Position numbers and translations under genes: made by a program. The notes below the pieces were generated by a model. The model was given only the letters and a program-made list of their open reading frames with translations, did not search any database and was not told where the DNA came from. 26,517 nucleotides of DNA from a virus (taxonomy: Duplodnaviria > Heunggongvirae > Uroviricota > Caudoviricetes), in IMG/VR virus record IMGVR_UViG_2778261459_000001, positions 1 to 26,517 of that record; one strand, 5' to 3'. Positions 8,342-17,759 of this stretch are shown here, piece after piece; the first letter of the stretch is position 1, and each line of letters begins with the position of its first letter.

Positions 8342-9582
8342 TGTTCTTTTCGGGATTATTTCAACGAAAAAGTGACGCACCGGTGACCACGCCAGCAGAG
8401 CTGGCGGATGCTATCGGGTTGTCCTACGACACCTATACCGGAAAGCAGATCAGCAGCCAGCGGGCCATGCGACTGACGGCGGTTTTTTCCTGTGTCAGGG
8501 TGCTGGCGGAGTCGGTCGGGATGTTGCCCTGCAACCTGTATCACCTGAACGGCAGCCTGAAGCAGAGAGCCACTGGCGAACGTCTGCATAAGCTGATCTC
8601 CACGCATCCCAATGGCTATATGACGCCGCAGGAGTTCTGGGAGCTGGTGGTCACCTGTCTGTGCCTGCGGGGAAACTTTTACGCCTACAAAGTGAAAGCA
8701 TTTGGCGAAGTGGCTGAACTGCTGCCCGTCGATCCCGGCTGTGTGGTACCGAAGCTTAACAGTAGCTGGGAGCCGGTCTATCAGGTCACATTCCCGGATG
8801 GCTCCACGGATGTACTGAGCCAGGAGGATATCTGGCATGTGCGCACGCTGACGCTGGACGGACTGGTGGGGCTGAATCCCATCGCCTATGCCCGCGAGGC
8901 AATATCGCTGGCGGCAGCGACCGAAGAGCACGGGGCCAGACTGTTCAGCAATGGCGCGGTGACGTCGGGTGTGTTGCGTACAGAGCAGACGCTGTCAGAT
9001 CAGGCTTATGAGCGCCTGAAGAAAGATTTTGAGGAGCGTCACACCGGGCTTGGCAATGCTCACCGCCCGATGATCCTTGAGATGGGGCTGGACTGGAAGT
9101 CGATGGCGCTGAACGCCGAGGACAGCCAGTTCCTGGAAACCCGCAAGTTTCAGCTTGAAGAAATCTGTCGTCTGTTCCGGGTGCCGTTGCACATGGTGCA
9201 GAACACCGATCGCGCCACCTTCAACAATATCGAAGAGCTGGGGCTGGGATTTATCAACTATTCACTGGTGCCGTATCTGACCCGCATCGAACAGCGGATC
9301 AACACCGGACTGGTACGAAAAAGTAAGCAGGGCGTTTATTACGCCAAATTTAACGCCGGGGCGTTACTGCGCGGGGATATGAAGTCCCGTTTTGAAGCCT
9401 ACGCCACCGGGATCAACTGGGGAATTTACTCTCCCAATGACTGCCGCGACCTGGAAGATATGAATCCGCGTCCCGGTGGTGATGTCTATCTCACACCGAT
9501 GAACATGACCACGAAACCCTCCGATGGCAGTAAAGCCGGTAAGCAGAAGGATAACGCCAATGCAGACGAAACAACGTCTTGA
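8341..9582 (+). CDS. portal protein (HK97 family)
   Basis: 413 aa following terL; GTG start with GGAGGT SD; canonical position and size. Confidence 0.9.
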   Translation: MFFSGLFQRKSDAPVTTPAELADAIGLSYDTYTGKQISSQRAMRLTAVFSCVRVLAESVGMLPCNLYHLNGSLKQRATGERLHKLISTHPNGYMTPQEFWELVVTCLCLRGNFYAYKVKAFGEVAELLPVDPGCVVPKLNSSWEPVYQVTFPDGSTDVLSQEDIWHVRTLTLDGLVGLNPIAYAREAISLAAATEEHGARLFSNGAVTSGVLRTEQTLSDQAYERLKKDFEERHTGLGNAHRPMILEMGLDWKSMALNAEDSQFLETRKFQLEEICRLFRVPLHMVQNTDRATFNNIEELGLGFINYSLVPYLTRIEQRINTGLVRKSKQGVYYAKFNAGALLRGDMKSRFEAYATGINWGIYSPNDCRDLEDMNPRPGGDVYLTPMNMTTKPSDGSKAGKQKDNANADETTS

Positions 9583-10210
9583 TGTACCGCTGAGTCTGAA
9601 ATCTGTCAGTGACTCCGGTGAGTTTGAAGGGTATGGCTCCGTCTTTGGTGTAAAGGACAGCCACGATGATGTGGTGATGTCCGGGGCATTTGCTGCTTCC
9701 CTGCGGGCGTGGAGTGACAGAAAAGCGTTACCTGCGCTGCTCTGGCAGCACCGCATGGATGAACCCATCGGTGTTTACACCGAAATGAAGGAAGACGATG
9801 TCGGGCTTTACGTCAGGGGGCGGTTGCTCATTGATGATGATCCCCTGGCAAAACGCGCACATGCACACATGAAGGCCGGTTCGTTAACCGGCCTTTCTAT
9901 TGGGTACGTCCTGAAGGACTGGGAATACGACCGGACGAAAGAAGCCTTTCTGCTGAAAGAAATCGACCTCTGGGAAGTCAGTCTGGTGACGTTTCCGTCT
10001 AACGACGAGGCGCGGATCAGCGACGTCAAGAACGCGCTGGCCCGCGGGGAAATCCCCGAACAGAAAAAAATCGAAAGAGTCCTGCGTGATGTCGGACTCT
10101 CCCGTACCCAGGCCAAAGCATTCATGGCCGGGGGCTATGGCGCACTGTCCCTGCGCGACGCTGAGGATGTGGGCTCTGCACTGAATGCACTGAAAAATCT
10201 GAACTTCTAA
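9560..10210 (+). CDS. prohead maturation protease (HK97 family, peptidase U35-like)
   Basis: AAGGA SD 8 nt before ATG 9560, overlapping the portal 3' end; between portal and capsid genes. The track's 9524 start is an alternative. Confidence 0.85.
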   Translation: MQTKQRLDVPLSLKSVSDSGEFEGYGSVFGVKDSHDDVVMSGAFAASLRAWSDRKALPALLWQHRMDEPIGVYTEMKEDDVGLYVRGRLLIDDDPLAKRAHAHMKAGSLTGLSIGYVLKDWEYDRTKEAFLLKEIDLWEVSLVTFPSNDEARISDVKNALARGEIPEQKKIERVLRDVGLSRTQAKAFMAGGYGALSLRDAEDVGSALNALKNLNF

Positions 10211-10224
10211 TCAGGAGAAATACG

Positions 10225-11430
10225 ATGGCGGTAGATATTAAAGATGTCGAACAGGTCGCGCAGGAGCTGCAGCAGAAGTTTGACGACTTCAAAGCAAAGA
10301 ACGACAAGCGCGTGGATGCGATTGAGCAGGAAAAAGGCAAGCTTGCCGGGCAGGTGGAAACCCTGAACGGGAAACTCAGCGAGCTGGAAAATCTCAAAAG
10401 CGATCTTGAAAAAGAGCTGCTTGAGCTGAAACGTCCGGCAGGTGGCGCGCAAAATAAACTGGCCACCGAGCATAAAGAAGCGTTTGTGGGCTTTTTGCGT
10501 AAAGGCCGTGAAGATGGTCTGCGCGATCTGGAGCGTAAGGCATTGCAGGTGGGCACCGATGAAGACGGTGGCTATGCCGTGCCGGAAGCGCTGGATCGCA
10601 ACATTCTCACCCTGCTGAAAGATGAAGTGGTGATGCGCCAGGAAGCCACGGTGATCACCGTTGGCGGTTCCGACTACAAAAAACTGGTGAATCTGGGCGG
10701 CACGGCTTCCGGATGGGTGGGGGAAACGGATACGCGATCCCAGACTGCCACCTCCAGACTGGAGCTGATTGAACCTCTCATGGGGGAAATCTACGGCAAC
10801 CCGCAGGCCACCCAGAAAATGCTGGATGATGCCTTCTTCAACGTGGAGGCCTGGATCAACAGCGAGCTGGCAACCGAATTTGCCGAACAGGAAGAAATTG
10901 CCTTTACCACCGGCGATGGTACCAAGAAGCCGAAAGGGTTCCTGGCGTATGAATCCACTGATGAAACCGATAAGGTCCGGGCGTTCGGCAAACTTCAGCA
11001 TATTGTATCCGGCGAAGCGACCGCGGTGACCGCAGACGCCATTATCAAACTGATTTACACGCTGCGAAAGGCACACCGCACTGGCGCGAAGTTCATGATG
11101 AACAACAACAGCCTGTTTGCCATCCGTCTGCTGAAAGACACCGAGGGTAACTATCTGTGGCGTCCGGGGCTGGAACTGGGGCAGCCGTCCTCTCTGGCGG
11201 GTTACGGTATCGCTGAAAACGAACAGATGCCGGATATCGCCGCTGATGCGAAAGCCATTGCATTTGGTAACTTCAAACGGGGTTACACCATCGTTGACCG
11301 TATCGGCACCCGCATTCTGCGTGATCCGTACACCAATAAACCGTTTGTCGGTTTTTATACCACCAAGCGCACCGGCGGGATGCTGGTCGATTCGCAGGCC
11401 ATCAAACTGCTGAAGATTGCAGCGGCGTAA
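10225..11430 (+). CDS. major capsid protein (HK97 fold) with N-terminal coiled-coil delta/scaffold domain
   Basis: 401 aa. N-terminal ~100 residues are highly charged and heptad-like (EQVAQELQQKFDDFKAKNDKRVDAIEQEKGKLAGQVETLNGKLSELENLKSDLEKELLELK); no separate scaffold gene is present, as in HK97. Confidence 0.92.
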   Translation: MAVDIKDVEQVAQELQQKFDDFKAKNDKRVDAIEQEKGKLAGQVETLNGKLSELENLKSDLEKELLELKRPAGGAQNKLATEHKEAFVGFLRKGREDGLRDLERKALQVGTDEDGGYAVPEALDRNILTLLKDEVVMRQEATVITVGGSDYKKLVNLGGTASGWVGETDTRSQTATSRLELIEPLMGEIYGNPQATQKMLDDAFFNVEAWINSELATEFAEQEEIAFTTGDGTKKPKGFLAYESTDETDKVRAFGKLQHIVSGEATAVTADAIIKLIYTLRKAHRTGAKFMMNNNSLFAIRLLKDTEGNYLWRPGLELGQPSSLAGYGIAENEQMPDIAADAKAIAFGNFKRGYTIVDRIGTRILRDPYTNKPFVGFYTTKRTGGMLVDSQAIKLLKIAAA

Positions 11431-11437
11431 TCATTCA

Positions 11438-11457
11438 GGGGCGCGGAACCGCGCCCC
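11438..11457 (+). terminator. GC hairpin GGGGCGCG-GAAC-CGCGCCCC immediately after the capsid gene (attenuator/terminator)
   Basis: Perfect 8-bp GC stem 8 nt after the capsid stop, followed by TGTTCTGA (weak U-tract). Confidence 0.45.
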
Positions 11458-11479
11458 CTGTTCTGACGGGTGAAGAATC

Positions 11480-11680
11480 ATGATCCTGAAACAAGATCTG
11501 AAATGGTCACCGGACGGTATGCGTGTTGAGGTCATTCGGGCCGGTGAGTATGACGACGGGGCGCTTCCTGCCCGGGTGCAGGAGATTGCACTTCAGGCCG
11601 GGTTAGCTGAGCGCGGAACCAATGCAAAAAGCAGTAAAGCGGCAAAAGAGAAAAAAGCCACGACCAGTAAAGAGAGCTGA
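11480..11680 (+). CDS. hypothetical protein (66 aa), Lys/Ala-rich C-terminus
   Basis: ORF in the late operon between capsid and connector genes; weak SD; no family recognised. Confidence 0.4.
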   Translation: MILKQDLKWSPDGMRVEVIRAGEYDDGALPARVQEIALQAGLAERGTNAKSSKAAKEKKATTSKES

Positions 11681-11682
11681 GT

Positions 11683-12006
11683 ATGCTTCTGACAATGGAA
11701 GAGATTAAAGCCCAACTCCGGCTGGATGAGGATTTCGATGCTGATGACCGCCATCTGCAACTGCTGGCCTGTGCGGCGCAAAAGCGGACGGAAACGTATC
11801 TGAACCGGAAGCTCTATGCACCGGATGAATCCATTCCGGACAGCGATCCGGACGGGCTGCACCTGCCGGATGATATTCGTCTGGGGATGCTGATGCTTAT
11901 CAGCCATTTTTACGAAAACCGCTCGTCGGTTACGGAAGTGGAGAAACTCGACATGCCGCAGAGTTTTGGCTGGCTTGTCGGCCCGTACAGGTACTTTCCG
12001 CAATGA
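11683..12006 (+). CDS. head-tail connector (gp6-like)
   Basis: 107 aa in the canonical post-capsid position; start MLLTMEEIKAQLRLD... resembles gp6-type connector/DNA-packaging proteins. Confidence 0.7.
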   Translation: MLLTMEEIKAQLRLDEDFDADDRHLQLLACAAQKRTETYLNRKLYAPDESIPDSDPDGLHLPDDIRLGMLMLISHFYENRSSVTEVEKLDMPQSFGWLVGPYRYFPQ

Positions 12007-12413
12007 AAATTCGTCAGGCGCAGACCAGCGCAACTTACATTCTGCCGGACCCCGGTGAACTGAATAAATGCGTCCTGATCCGCCTGCGGGTGGATATGCC
12101 CGCGGATAACTTTGGCGTGGAGCCTCAATACCCGGTTACGTTCCGGACATGGGCGAAGGTTATCCAGACCAGTGCCACCACCTGGCAGGAAACCGCGCAG
12201 ACCGGGGACGCCATCACCCATTACATCACCATTCGTTACCGCCGGGGGATCACCGCTGATTATGAGGTGGTCTGCGGTGACAGTGTGTACCGGGTGAAAC
12301 GTCAGCGCGATCTGAACGGGGCGCGGCGCTTTCTGCTGCTGGAGTGTACGGAGCTGGGCGAATGTAGGCAGAGTCACGGAGGCAACAATGACGACTTCCT
12401 TTTTGCACGTTGA
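12003..12413 (+). CDS. head closure / head-tail adaptor protein
   Basis: ATG overlaps the upstream stop (ATGA); size and position fit a head-tail joining protein. Confidence 0.65.
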   Translation: MKIRQAQTSATYILPDPGELNKCVLIRLRVDMPADNFGVEPQYPVTFRTWAKVIQTSATTWQETAQTGDAITHYITIRYRRGITADYEVVCGDSVYRVKRQRDLNGARRFLLLECTELGECRQSHGGNNDDFLFAR

Positions 12414-12894
12414 TTTTCAGCAGCCCGCGGAGATGCGCTTTAACCGCGCCCGTGTCCGGCGGGCGTTTGTCACGATTGGTCAGCGTCATATGCGTGATGC
12501 CCGTCGGCTGGTGATGCGCCGTGCGCGGTCGGCACCGGGTGAAAACCCCGGTTATCAGACCGGACGCCTGGCTCGTTCGATTGGTTACATGGTACCCAGA
12601 GCCAGTAAACATCGCCCTGGTTTTATGGCACGTATAGCCCCTAACCAGCGTAATGGAGAGGGAAACCGCCGTATCACCGGTGATTTTTATCCGGCTTTTT
12701 TGTTCTATGGCGTGAGGCGAGGGGCAAAGCGTCGTCGCAGCCATCATCGTGGCGCATCCGGTGGCAGCGGCTGGCGACTGGCTCCACGTAATAACTTCAT
12801 GGTGGAAACGCTTGAAAAGAACCGCAGCTGGACACGCTATTTTCTGGCGCGGGAATTGCGTAAATCACTGAAGCCGGAGCGACGACACAGATGA
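12388..12894 (+). CDS. HK97 gp10-like morphogenesis protein, Arg-rich
   Basis: GGAGG 7 nt before ATG 12388. Basic, Arg-rich 168-aa protein in the head-to-tail joining region. Confidence 0.65.
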   Translation: MTTSFLHVDFQQPAEMRFNRARVRRAFVTIGQRHMRDARRLVMRRARSAPGENPGYQTGRLARSIGYMVPRASKHRPGFMARIAPNQRNGEGNRRITGDFYPAFLFYGVRRGAKRRRSHHRGASGGSGWRLAPRNNFMVETLEKNRSWTRYFLARELRKSLKPERRHR

Positions 12895-13451
12895 AACTGA
12901 CGCCTGTTATTGCTGCACTGCGTGCCCGCTGTCCGTATTTTGAAAACCGGGTTGCAGGCGCGGCCCAGTTCAAAAATCTGCCGGAGGTCGGAAAGCTGAA
13001 ACTCCCGGCGGCATATGTTGTACCGGGTGATGATTCTCCGGGAGAAAACAAAAGCCAGACCGACTACTGGCAGGAGCTGAAAGAGGGTTTCTCCGTGGTT
13101 GTCATACTGAGTAACGGGCGTGATGAGCGCGGTCAGTTTGCCTCGTATGATGTGGTGGACGATGTCCGGCAGATGCTCTTTAAGGCTCTGCTGGGCTGGA
13201 ACCCGGAGGCGTGCGGTAACCCGATTACCTATGACGGCGGCACGCTGCTGGATCTGAATCGTCATGAGCTGATTTATCAGTTCGATTTTTCGGTCATCAG
13301 CGAGCTGACTGAAGACGATACCCGCCATCAGGATGACCTGAACAGTCTGGATGAACTGCAAACGCTGGCGATTGATGTTGATTATCTCGAGCCCGGTAAC
13401 GGGCCTGACGGCGATATCGAACATCACACCGAAATAACCCTTCCTTCCTGA
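12891..13451 (+). CDS. Mu gp37-like tail component (tail completion/terminator-like)
   Basis: 186 aa, start overlaps the upstream stop; lies just upstream of the DUF2635-like/sheath/tube block as in Mu-like tail modules. Confidence 0.6.
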   Translation: MKLTPVIAALRARCPYFENRVAGAAQFKNLPEVGKLKLPAAYVVPGDDSPGENKSQTDYWQELKEGFSVVVILSNGRDERGQFASYDVVDDVRQMLFKALLGWNPEACGNPITYDGGTLLDLNRHELIYQFDFSVISELTEDDTRHQDDLNSLDELQTLAIDVDYLEPGNGPDGDIEHHTEITLPS

Positions 13452-13459
13452 GGATCCTC

Positions 13460-13630
13460 ATGTTTGTGAAACCTGTTAAAGGGCGGTCAGTTCCTGACCC
13501 TGCCCGCGGCGACCTTTTGCCCGCCGAAGGGCGAAATGTTGACGAGAACAACTACTGGCTGCGCCGTGAAGCAGCGGGTGATATCCGGCGCGTGAATAAA
13601 AAGGTGAACACCGATGACGATAAGCTTTAA
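13460..13630 (+). CDS. small protein (56 aa), Mu gp38 / DUF2635-like, overlapping the sheath start
   Basis: ATG 13460 to TAA 13628-13630: MFVKPVKGRSVPDPARGDLLPAEGRNVDENNYWLRREAAGDIRRVNKKVNTDDDKL. Below the track cut-off. Mu-like phages carry a small gene in this position. Confidence 0.5.
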   Translation: MFVKPVKGRSVPDPARGDLLPAEGRNVDENNYWLRREAAGDIRRVNKKVNTDDDKL

Positions 13631-15110
13631 CACCATTCCGTCGAATACGCTGGTTCCGCTGTTTTATGCGGAAATGGATAACCAGGCGGCGAATACTGCA
13701 CAGGACAGCGGAGCATCGCTGCTGATTGGTCATGCCAATAACGGTGCAGAGATTGTTGCCAACAGTCTGGTACTGATGCCGTCGGCAGACTATGCACGCC
13801 AGATTTGTGGTGCGGGAAGTCAGCTGGCGCGTATGGTCGAGGCTTATCGCCAGACTGACCCGTTTGGCGAGCTGTATGTGATTGCCGTTCCTGAATCCAC
13901 AGGCGCGGCGGCAACGGTTACGCTGACGGTGACCGGGGAAGCAACCGAAAGCGGCACGGTGAATGTCTATGTGGGACGTACCCGCGTGCAGGCTCCGGTG
14001 ACCAACGGCGATAACGTCACGACGATTGCCAGCAGTATCCAGGATGCCATCAATGCCGTTCCGGCCCTGCCGTTTACAGCTTCATCTTCGGCTGGTGTTG
14101 TCACGCTGACCGCGCGTCATAAGGGGCTTTGCGGGAATGAAATTCCTGTCAGCCTCAATTACTACGGCTTCGGTGGGGGTGAAGTGCTGCCTGCGGGCGT
14201 ACAGATTGCCGTGGCGACGGGGACCGCCGGAACGGGCGCTCCGGTTCTCACCGGCGCGGTGGCTGCAATGGCGGATGAGCCGTTTGATTATATCGGTCTG
14301 CCGTTCAACGACACGGCCTCCGTTAACACGCTGGTGACCGAGATGAACGATACCAGCGGTCGCTGGAGCTATGCGCGTCAGCTGTATGGTCATGTGTATA
14401 CGGCAAAGACCGGTACGCTGTCAGAACTGGTGACCGCAGGTGACCAGTTTAACCAGCAGCACATTACCCTGGCGGGGTACGAAAAAGAGACCCAGACGCC
14501 TGCCGACGAGCTGGCGGCAAGCCGTACCGCCCGCGCAGCGGTGTTTATTCGCAACGATCCGGCACGTCCCACGCAGACCGGTGAGCTGGTGGGTATGCTG
14601 CCTGCGCCGAAGGGGAAACGGTTCACGATGACTGAACAACAGACCCTGTTGTCTCATGGCGTGGCAACGGCGTATGTCGAAAGCGGGGTACTGCGCATTC
14701 AGCGTGATGTCACCACGTACAGGAAAAACGCTTACGGGGTTGCGGATAACAGCTACCTCGACAGTGAGACGCTGCATACCAGCGCGTATGTACTGCGCAA
14801 ACTGAAATCCGTCATTACCAGTAAGTACGGGCGTCACAAGCTTGCCAGTGACGGTACCCGCTTTGGTCCCGGTCAGGCAATTGTCACCCCGGCGGTGATC
14901 AAAGGGGAACTGCTGGCAACCTACCGTCAGCTTGAGCGTGCGGGGATCGTGGAAAACTACGAACTGTTTAAGCAGTACCTGGTTGTGGAGCGTGATGCCA
15001 GCGATCCGAACCGTCTGAACACGCTGTTCCCGCCTGACTATGTTAACCAGTTGCGTGTCTTTGCCGTGGTTAACCAGTTCCGTCTTCAGTATTCAGAGGA
15101 GTCCGCATAA
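13614..15110 (+). CDS. contractile tail sheath protein (Mu gpL-like)
   Basis: 498 aa; size and position before the tube gene; start MTISFNTIPSNTLVPLFYAEMDN... is typical of Mu-like sheath proteins. Confidence 0.9.
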   Translation: MTISFNTIPSNTLVPLFYAEMDNQAANTAQDSGASLLIGHANNGAEIVANSLVLMPSADYARQICGAGSQLARMVEAYRQTDPFGELYVIAVPESTGAAATVTLTVTGEATESGTVNVYVGRTRVQAPVTNGDNVTTIASSIQDAINAVPALPFTASSSAGVVTLTARHKGLCGNEIPVSLNYYGFGGGEVLPAGVQIAVATGTAGTGAPVLTGAVAAMADEPFDYIGLPFNDTASVNTLVTEMNDTSGRWSYARQLYGHVYTAKTGTLSELVTAGDQFNQQHITLAGYEKETQTPADELAASRTARAAVFIRNDPARPTQTGELVGMLPAPKGKRFTMTEQQTLLSHGVATAYVESGVLRIQRDVTTYRKNAYGVADNSYLDSETLHTSAYVLRKLKSVITSKYGRHKLASDGTRFGPGQAIVTPAVIKGELLATYRQLERAGIVENYELFKQYLVVERDASDPNRLNTLFPPDYVNQLRVFAVVNQFRLQYSEESA

Positions 15111-15466
15111 TGGCCCGTATCGGGGGAACCTGTTATTTCAAAATTGACGGTCAGCAGCTATCGCTGACCGGCGGCATTGAGGTGCCCATGAACAGGACGG
15201 TCAATGATGACATCATCGGCCTGGACGGTTCAGTGGACCGCAAGGAAACTCACCGTGCGCCTTATGTCAAAGGGAGCTTCAAGGTGCCGAAGAATTTTCC
15301 GGTGAGCAAAATCACCTCGTCTGATGAGATGACCATCACTACCGAGCTGGCGAACGGTCAGGTCTATGTATTGTCGTCCGCCTGGCTGCACGGCGAAGCG
15401 AACCATAATGCCGAAGAAGGCACAGTCGATCTTGAGTTCCACGGTGAAGAAGGGGATTACCAGTAA
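15110..15466 (+). CDS. tail tube protein (Mu gpM-like)
   Basis: 118 aa, TAATG overlap with the sheath gene; canonical sheath-tube pair. Confidence 0.85.
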   Translation: MARIGGTCYFKIDGQQLSLTGGIEVPMNRTVNDDIIGLDGSVDRKETHRAPYVKGSFKVPKNFPVSKITSSDEMTITTELANGQVYVLSSAWLHGEANHNAEEGTVDLEFHGEEGDYQ

Positions 15467-15735
15467 TGAAAGAGCTTGAGTTAAAGAAACCGATTATTGC
15501 TCATGGCGAGACACTCTCCGTACTGGAGTTTGATGAACCCACCGGGAAGGATGTCCGCGAGCTGGGGTATCCCTACCAGATGAATCAGGATGAGTCCGTC
15601 AGACTTCTGGCGCATGTGGTGTCGAAATACATTGTGCGGCTGGCGAAAGTGCCGCAAAGCTCTGTCGACCAGATGTCTCCGGCAGACCTGAATGCAGCGG
15701 CGTGGCTTGTGGCCGGTTTTTTCCTCCAGGCCTGA
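15466..15735 (+). CDS. tail assembly chaperone (upstream frame of a frameshift pair)
   Basis: 89 aa, TAATG overlap with the tube gene, directly upstream of the tape measure gene. Confidence 0.7.
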   Translation: MKELELKKPIIAHGETLSVLEFDEPTGKDVRELGYPYQMNQDESVRLLAHVVSKYIVRLAKVPQSSVDQMSPADLNAAAWLVAGFFLQA

Positions 15736-15884
15736 CGGCTGAATACCTCACTGATCGCTTCTTTGACTGCGCCAGTTACTGGCGCATTAATCCCTTCGAA
15801 TTGCTGAATATGCCGATCAGTGAAATTCCCTTGCTGGTCAGTCAGGCAAACAGGATAGAGCAGGAGAAACGCACACATGGCTGA
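15717..15884 (+). other. putative programmed -1 frameshift: slippery heptamer T_TTT_TTC (15717-15723) and -1 frame extension to 15884
   Basis: In the chaperone frame the codons are GGT TTT TTC 12 codons before the stop. The -1 frame is open from the slip site to TGA 15882-15884, which overlaps the tape measure ATG (15877), giving a fusion ending ...RIEQEKRTHG. Confidence 0.5.
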
Positions 15885-17712
15885 ATTTGAGCTTAAGGCG
15901 TTGATCACCGGTGTCGACAGACTTTCTCCCGCGCTGTCGAAAATGCAAAAGAAAATCCGGGGATTTAAACGCCAGGCGGAAGAAGCGTCACAGGGTGGGC
16001 TGGCGCTTGGTGGCGGACTGGCAGCGGGTCTGACGCTTTCCCTGAAATCTTATGCCGATCAGGAAAACGCCGCCACCGGGCTGAAAGTCGCCATGATGGA
16101 TGCGAACGGCGAGGTTGGAAAGAGCTTTCAGGACATCAATAAACTGGCTATTGGCCTGGGTAACCAGCTACCCGGTACAACGGCTGATTTCCAGAACATG
16201 ATGCAGATGCTGGTGCGTCAGGGGATCCCGGCAGAAAACATTCTTGGTGGTGTGGGTAAAGCGACAGCTTATCTTGCGGTACAACTGAAAAAAACACCGG
16301 AAGCGGCTGCTGAGTTTGCTGCAAAGATGCAGGATGCTACCGGAACGGCGTCAGAAGACATGATGGGGCTGTTCGACACTATCCAGAAGGCGTTTTATCT
16401 GGGCGTTGACGATACCAACATGTTGTCCTTCTTCACTAAAACCAGTTCTGTTCTGAAGATGGTGAACAAGGACGGTCTTCAGGCTGCACAGAGCCTTGCC
16501 CCCATCAGCGTCATGATGGATCAGATGGGGATGAACGGGGAGTCGGCAGGTAATGCCCTGCGAAAAGTTATCCAGTCCGGATTAAGTGTTAAGAAAATCA
16601 GGGACGTCAATAAAGTCATGGCTCGCCAGAAACTCGGGGTACAGCTCGATTTTACTGACGGCAAAGGAAGTTTTGGCGGTCTTGATAACATGTTCAGGCA
16701 ACTGGCAAAGTTGCGAAAACTGACCGACGTTAAGCGAACAGGCGTACTTAAGGCAATATTTGGTGATGATGCTGAAACCCTTCAGGTGGTCAATGCTCTG
16801 ATCGATAAAGGAAAGGATGGTTACGATCAGATCCAGCAGAAGATGAATAAACAGGCCAGCCTGAATAAACGTGTTCAGGCACAGCTTGGTACGCTGTCCA
16901 ACCTGTGGGAGGCAATGACGGGGACCGCAACTAACGGTCTTGCAGCTATTGGCGGCGCATTTTCTGGTGACGCTAAAAATATCACGCAATGGCTGGGGGA
17001 GTTGGGGGAAAAATTCACGAAGTTTGCGGATGAAAATCCCCGGGTTATTCGCGGCGTCGTCGGGCTTGCTGCCGGTCTTGCGATTCTGAAACTGGGATTG
17101 ATGGGCGTGGGCAGTGCCATCAGTATTGTCAGCAGGATCATGTCGATGACGCCGATTGGCATGATTGCGACGGCGATAGCCCTGGCTGCGGGATTAATTA
17201 TCACTAACTGGGATGTTGTCGGACCTTATTTTAAGAAACTCTGGGAAACCATTGGTCCTTATTTTGAGGCTGGCTGGGAACTCCTTAAGAAAGTTTTTGC
17301 CTGGTCGCCGCTGGGGATGGTGATCAATAACTGGGGGCCGGTTGTTAAGTGGTTTCAGGATATGTGGGACAAGCTGAAGCCAATTATTGAGTGGTTTACC
17401 GACAGTTCCGGTGACACGGTCGATGCCATTAACTCTGCGCAGTGGGGCGCGGGTGCTTATGATGCTTATGGGACGGGAATACCGGCGCGGGGATACACAC
17501 CTTATCCGGTGGTGGATCCGGCTCAGTCAAACAACGCCTCCGGTGCCACAGGCCCGAATCCCTTCATGATTAACAAAGCTTCTGCGCCAAAAGTTGATGG
17601 TGAGATCAAGGTCTCTTTTGTGAATTCGCCTCCGGGTATGCGGGTTATGGAAACGCGATCCAGCGGTTTTGATGTCAGCCATGATGTTGGCTATACGCGC
17701 TTTGGCAGGTAA
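15877..17712 (+). CDS. tail tape measure protein
   Basis: 611 aa with Ala/Gly-rich and hydrophobic segments and a Trp-rich C-terminal region; follows the chaperone frameshift pair. Confidence 0.9.
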   Translation: MAEFELKALITGVDRLSPALSKMQKKIRGFKRQAEEASQGGLALGGGLAAGLTLSLKSYADQENAATGLKVAMMDANGEVGKSFQDINKLAIGLGNQLPGTTADFQNMMQMLVRQGIPAENILGGVGKATAYLAVQLKKTPEAAAEFAAKMQDATGTASEDMMGLFDTIQKAFYLGVDDTNMLSFFTKTSSVLKMVNKDGLQAAQSLAPISVMMDQMGMNGESAGNALRKVIQSGLSVKKIRDVNKVMARQKLGVQLDFTDGKGSFGGLDNMFRQLAKLRKLTDVKRTGVLKAIFGDDAETLQVVNALIDKGKDGYDQIQQKMNKQASLNKRVQAQLGTLSNLWEAMTGTATNGLAAIGGAFSGDAKNITQWLGELGEKFTKFADENPRVIRGVVGLAAGLAILKLGLMGVGSAISIVSRIMSMTPIGMIATAIALAAGLIITNWDVVGPYFKKLWETIGPYFEAGWELLKKVFAWSPLGMVINNWGPVVKWFQDMWDKLKPIIEWFTDSSGDTVDAINSAQWGAGAYDAYGTGIPARGYTPYPVVDPAQSNNASGATGPNPFMINKASAPKVDGEIKVSFVNSPPGMRVMETRSSGFDVSHDVGYTRFGR

Positions 17713-17733
17713 TGAAAAATTAATCTGTTAATG

Positions 17734-17759
17734 AGTCCCACTCCGGTGGGATTTTTTAT
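17734..17759 (+). terminator. hairpin AGTCCCAC-TCCG-GTGGGATT followed by TTTTTAT, just after the tape measure gene
   Basis: Stem-loop plus U-tract 22 nt after the tape measure stop; lies inside the track's upstream extension of the next ORF, supporting the later start at 17773. Confidence 0.45.

Noticed and set aside
10207-11076. 289-aa minus-strand ORF antisense to the major capsid gene
   Set aside because: Lies entirely antisense to a strongly supported capsid gene; the open frame is explained by codon bias of the GC-rich sense strand; low-complexity Gly/Phe/Leu-rich translation with no start context.
12250-13427. Minus-strand ORFs 12250..12747 and 12837..13427 (165 and 196 aa)
   Set aside because: Antisense to overlapping, operon-coupled head-tail joining genes; Arg/Cys-rich translations typical of antisense frames in GC-rich DNA.
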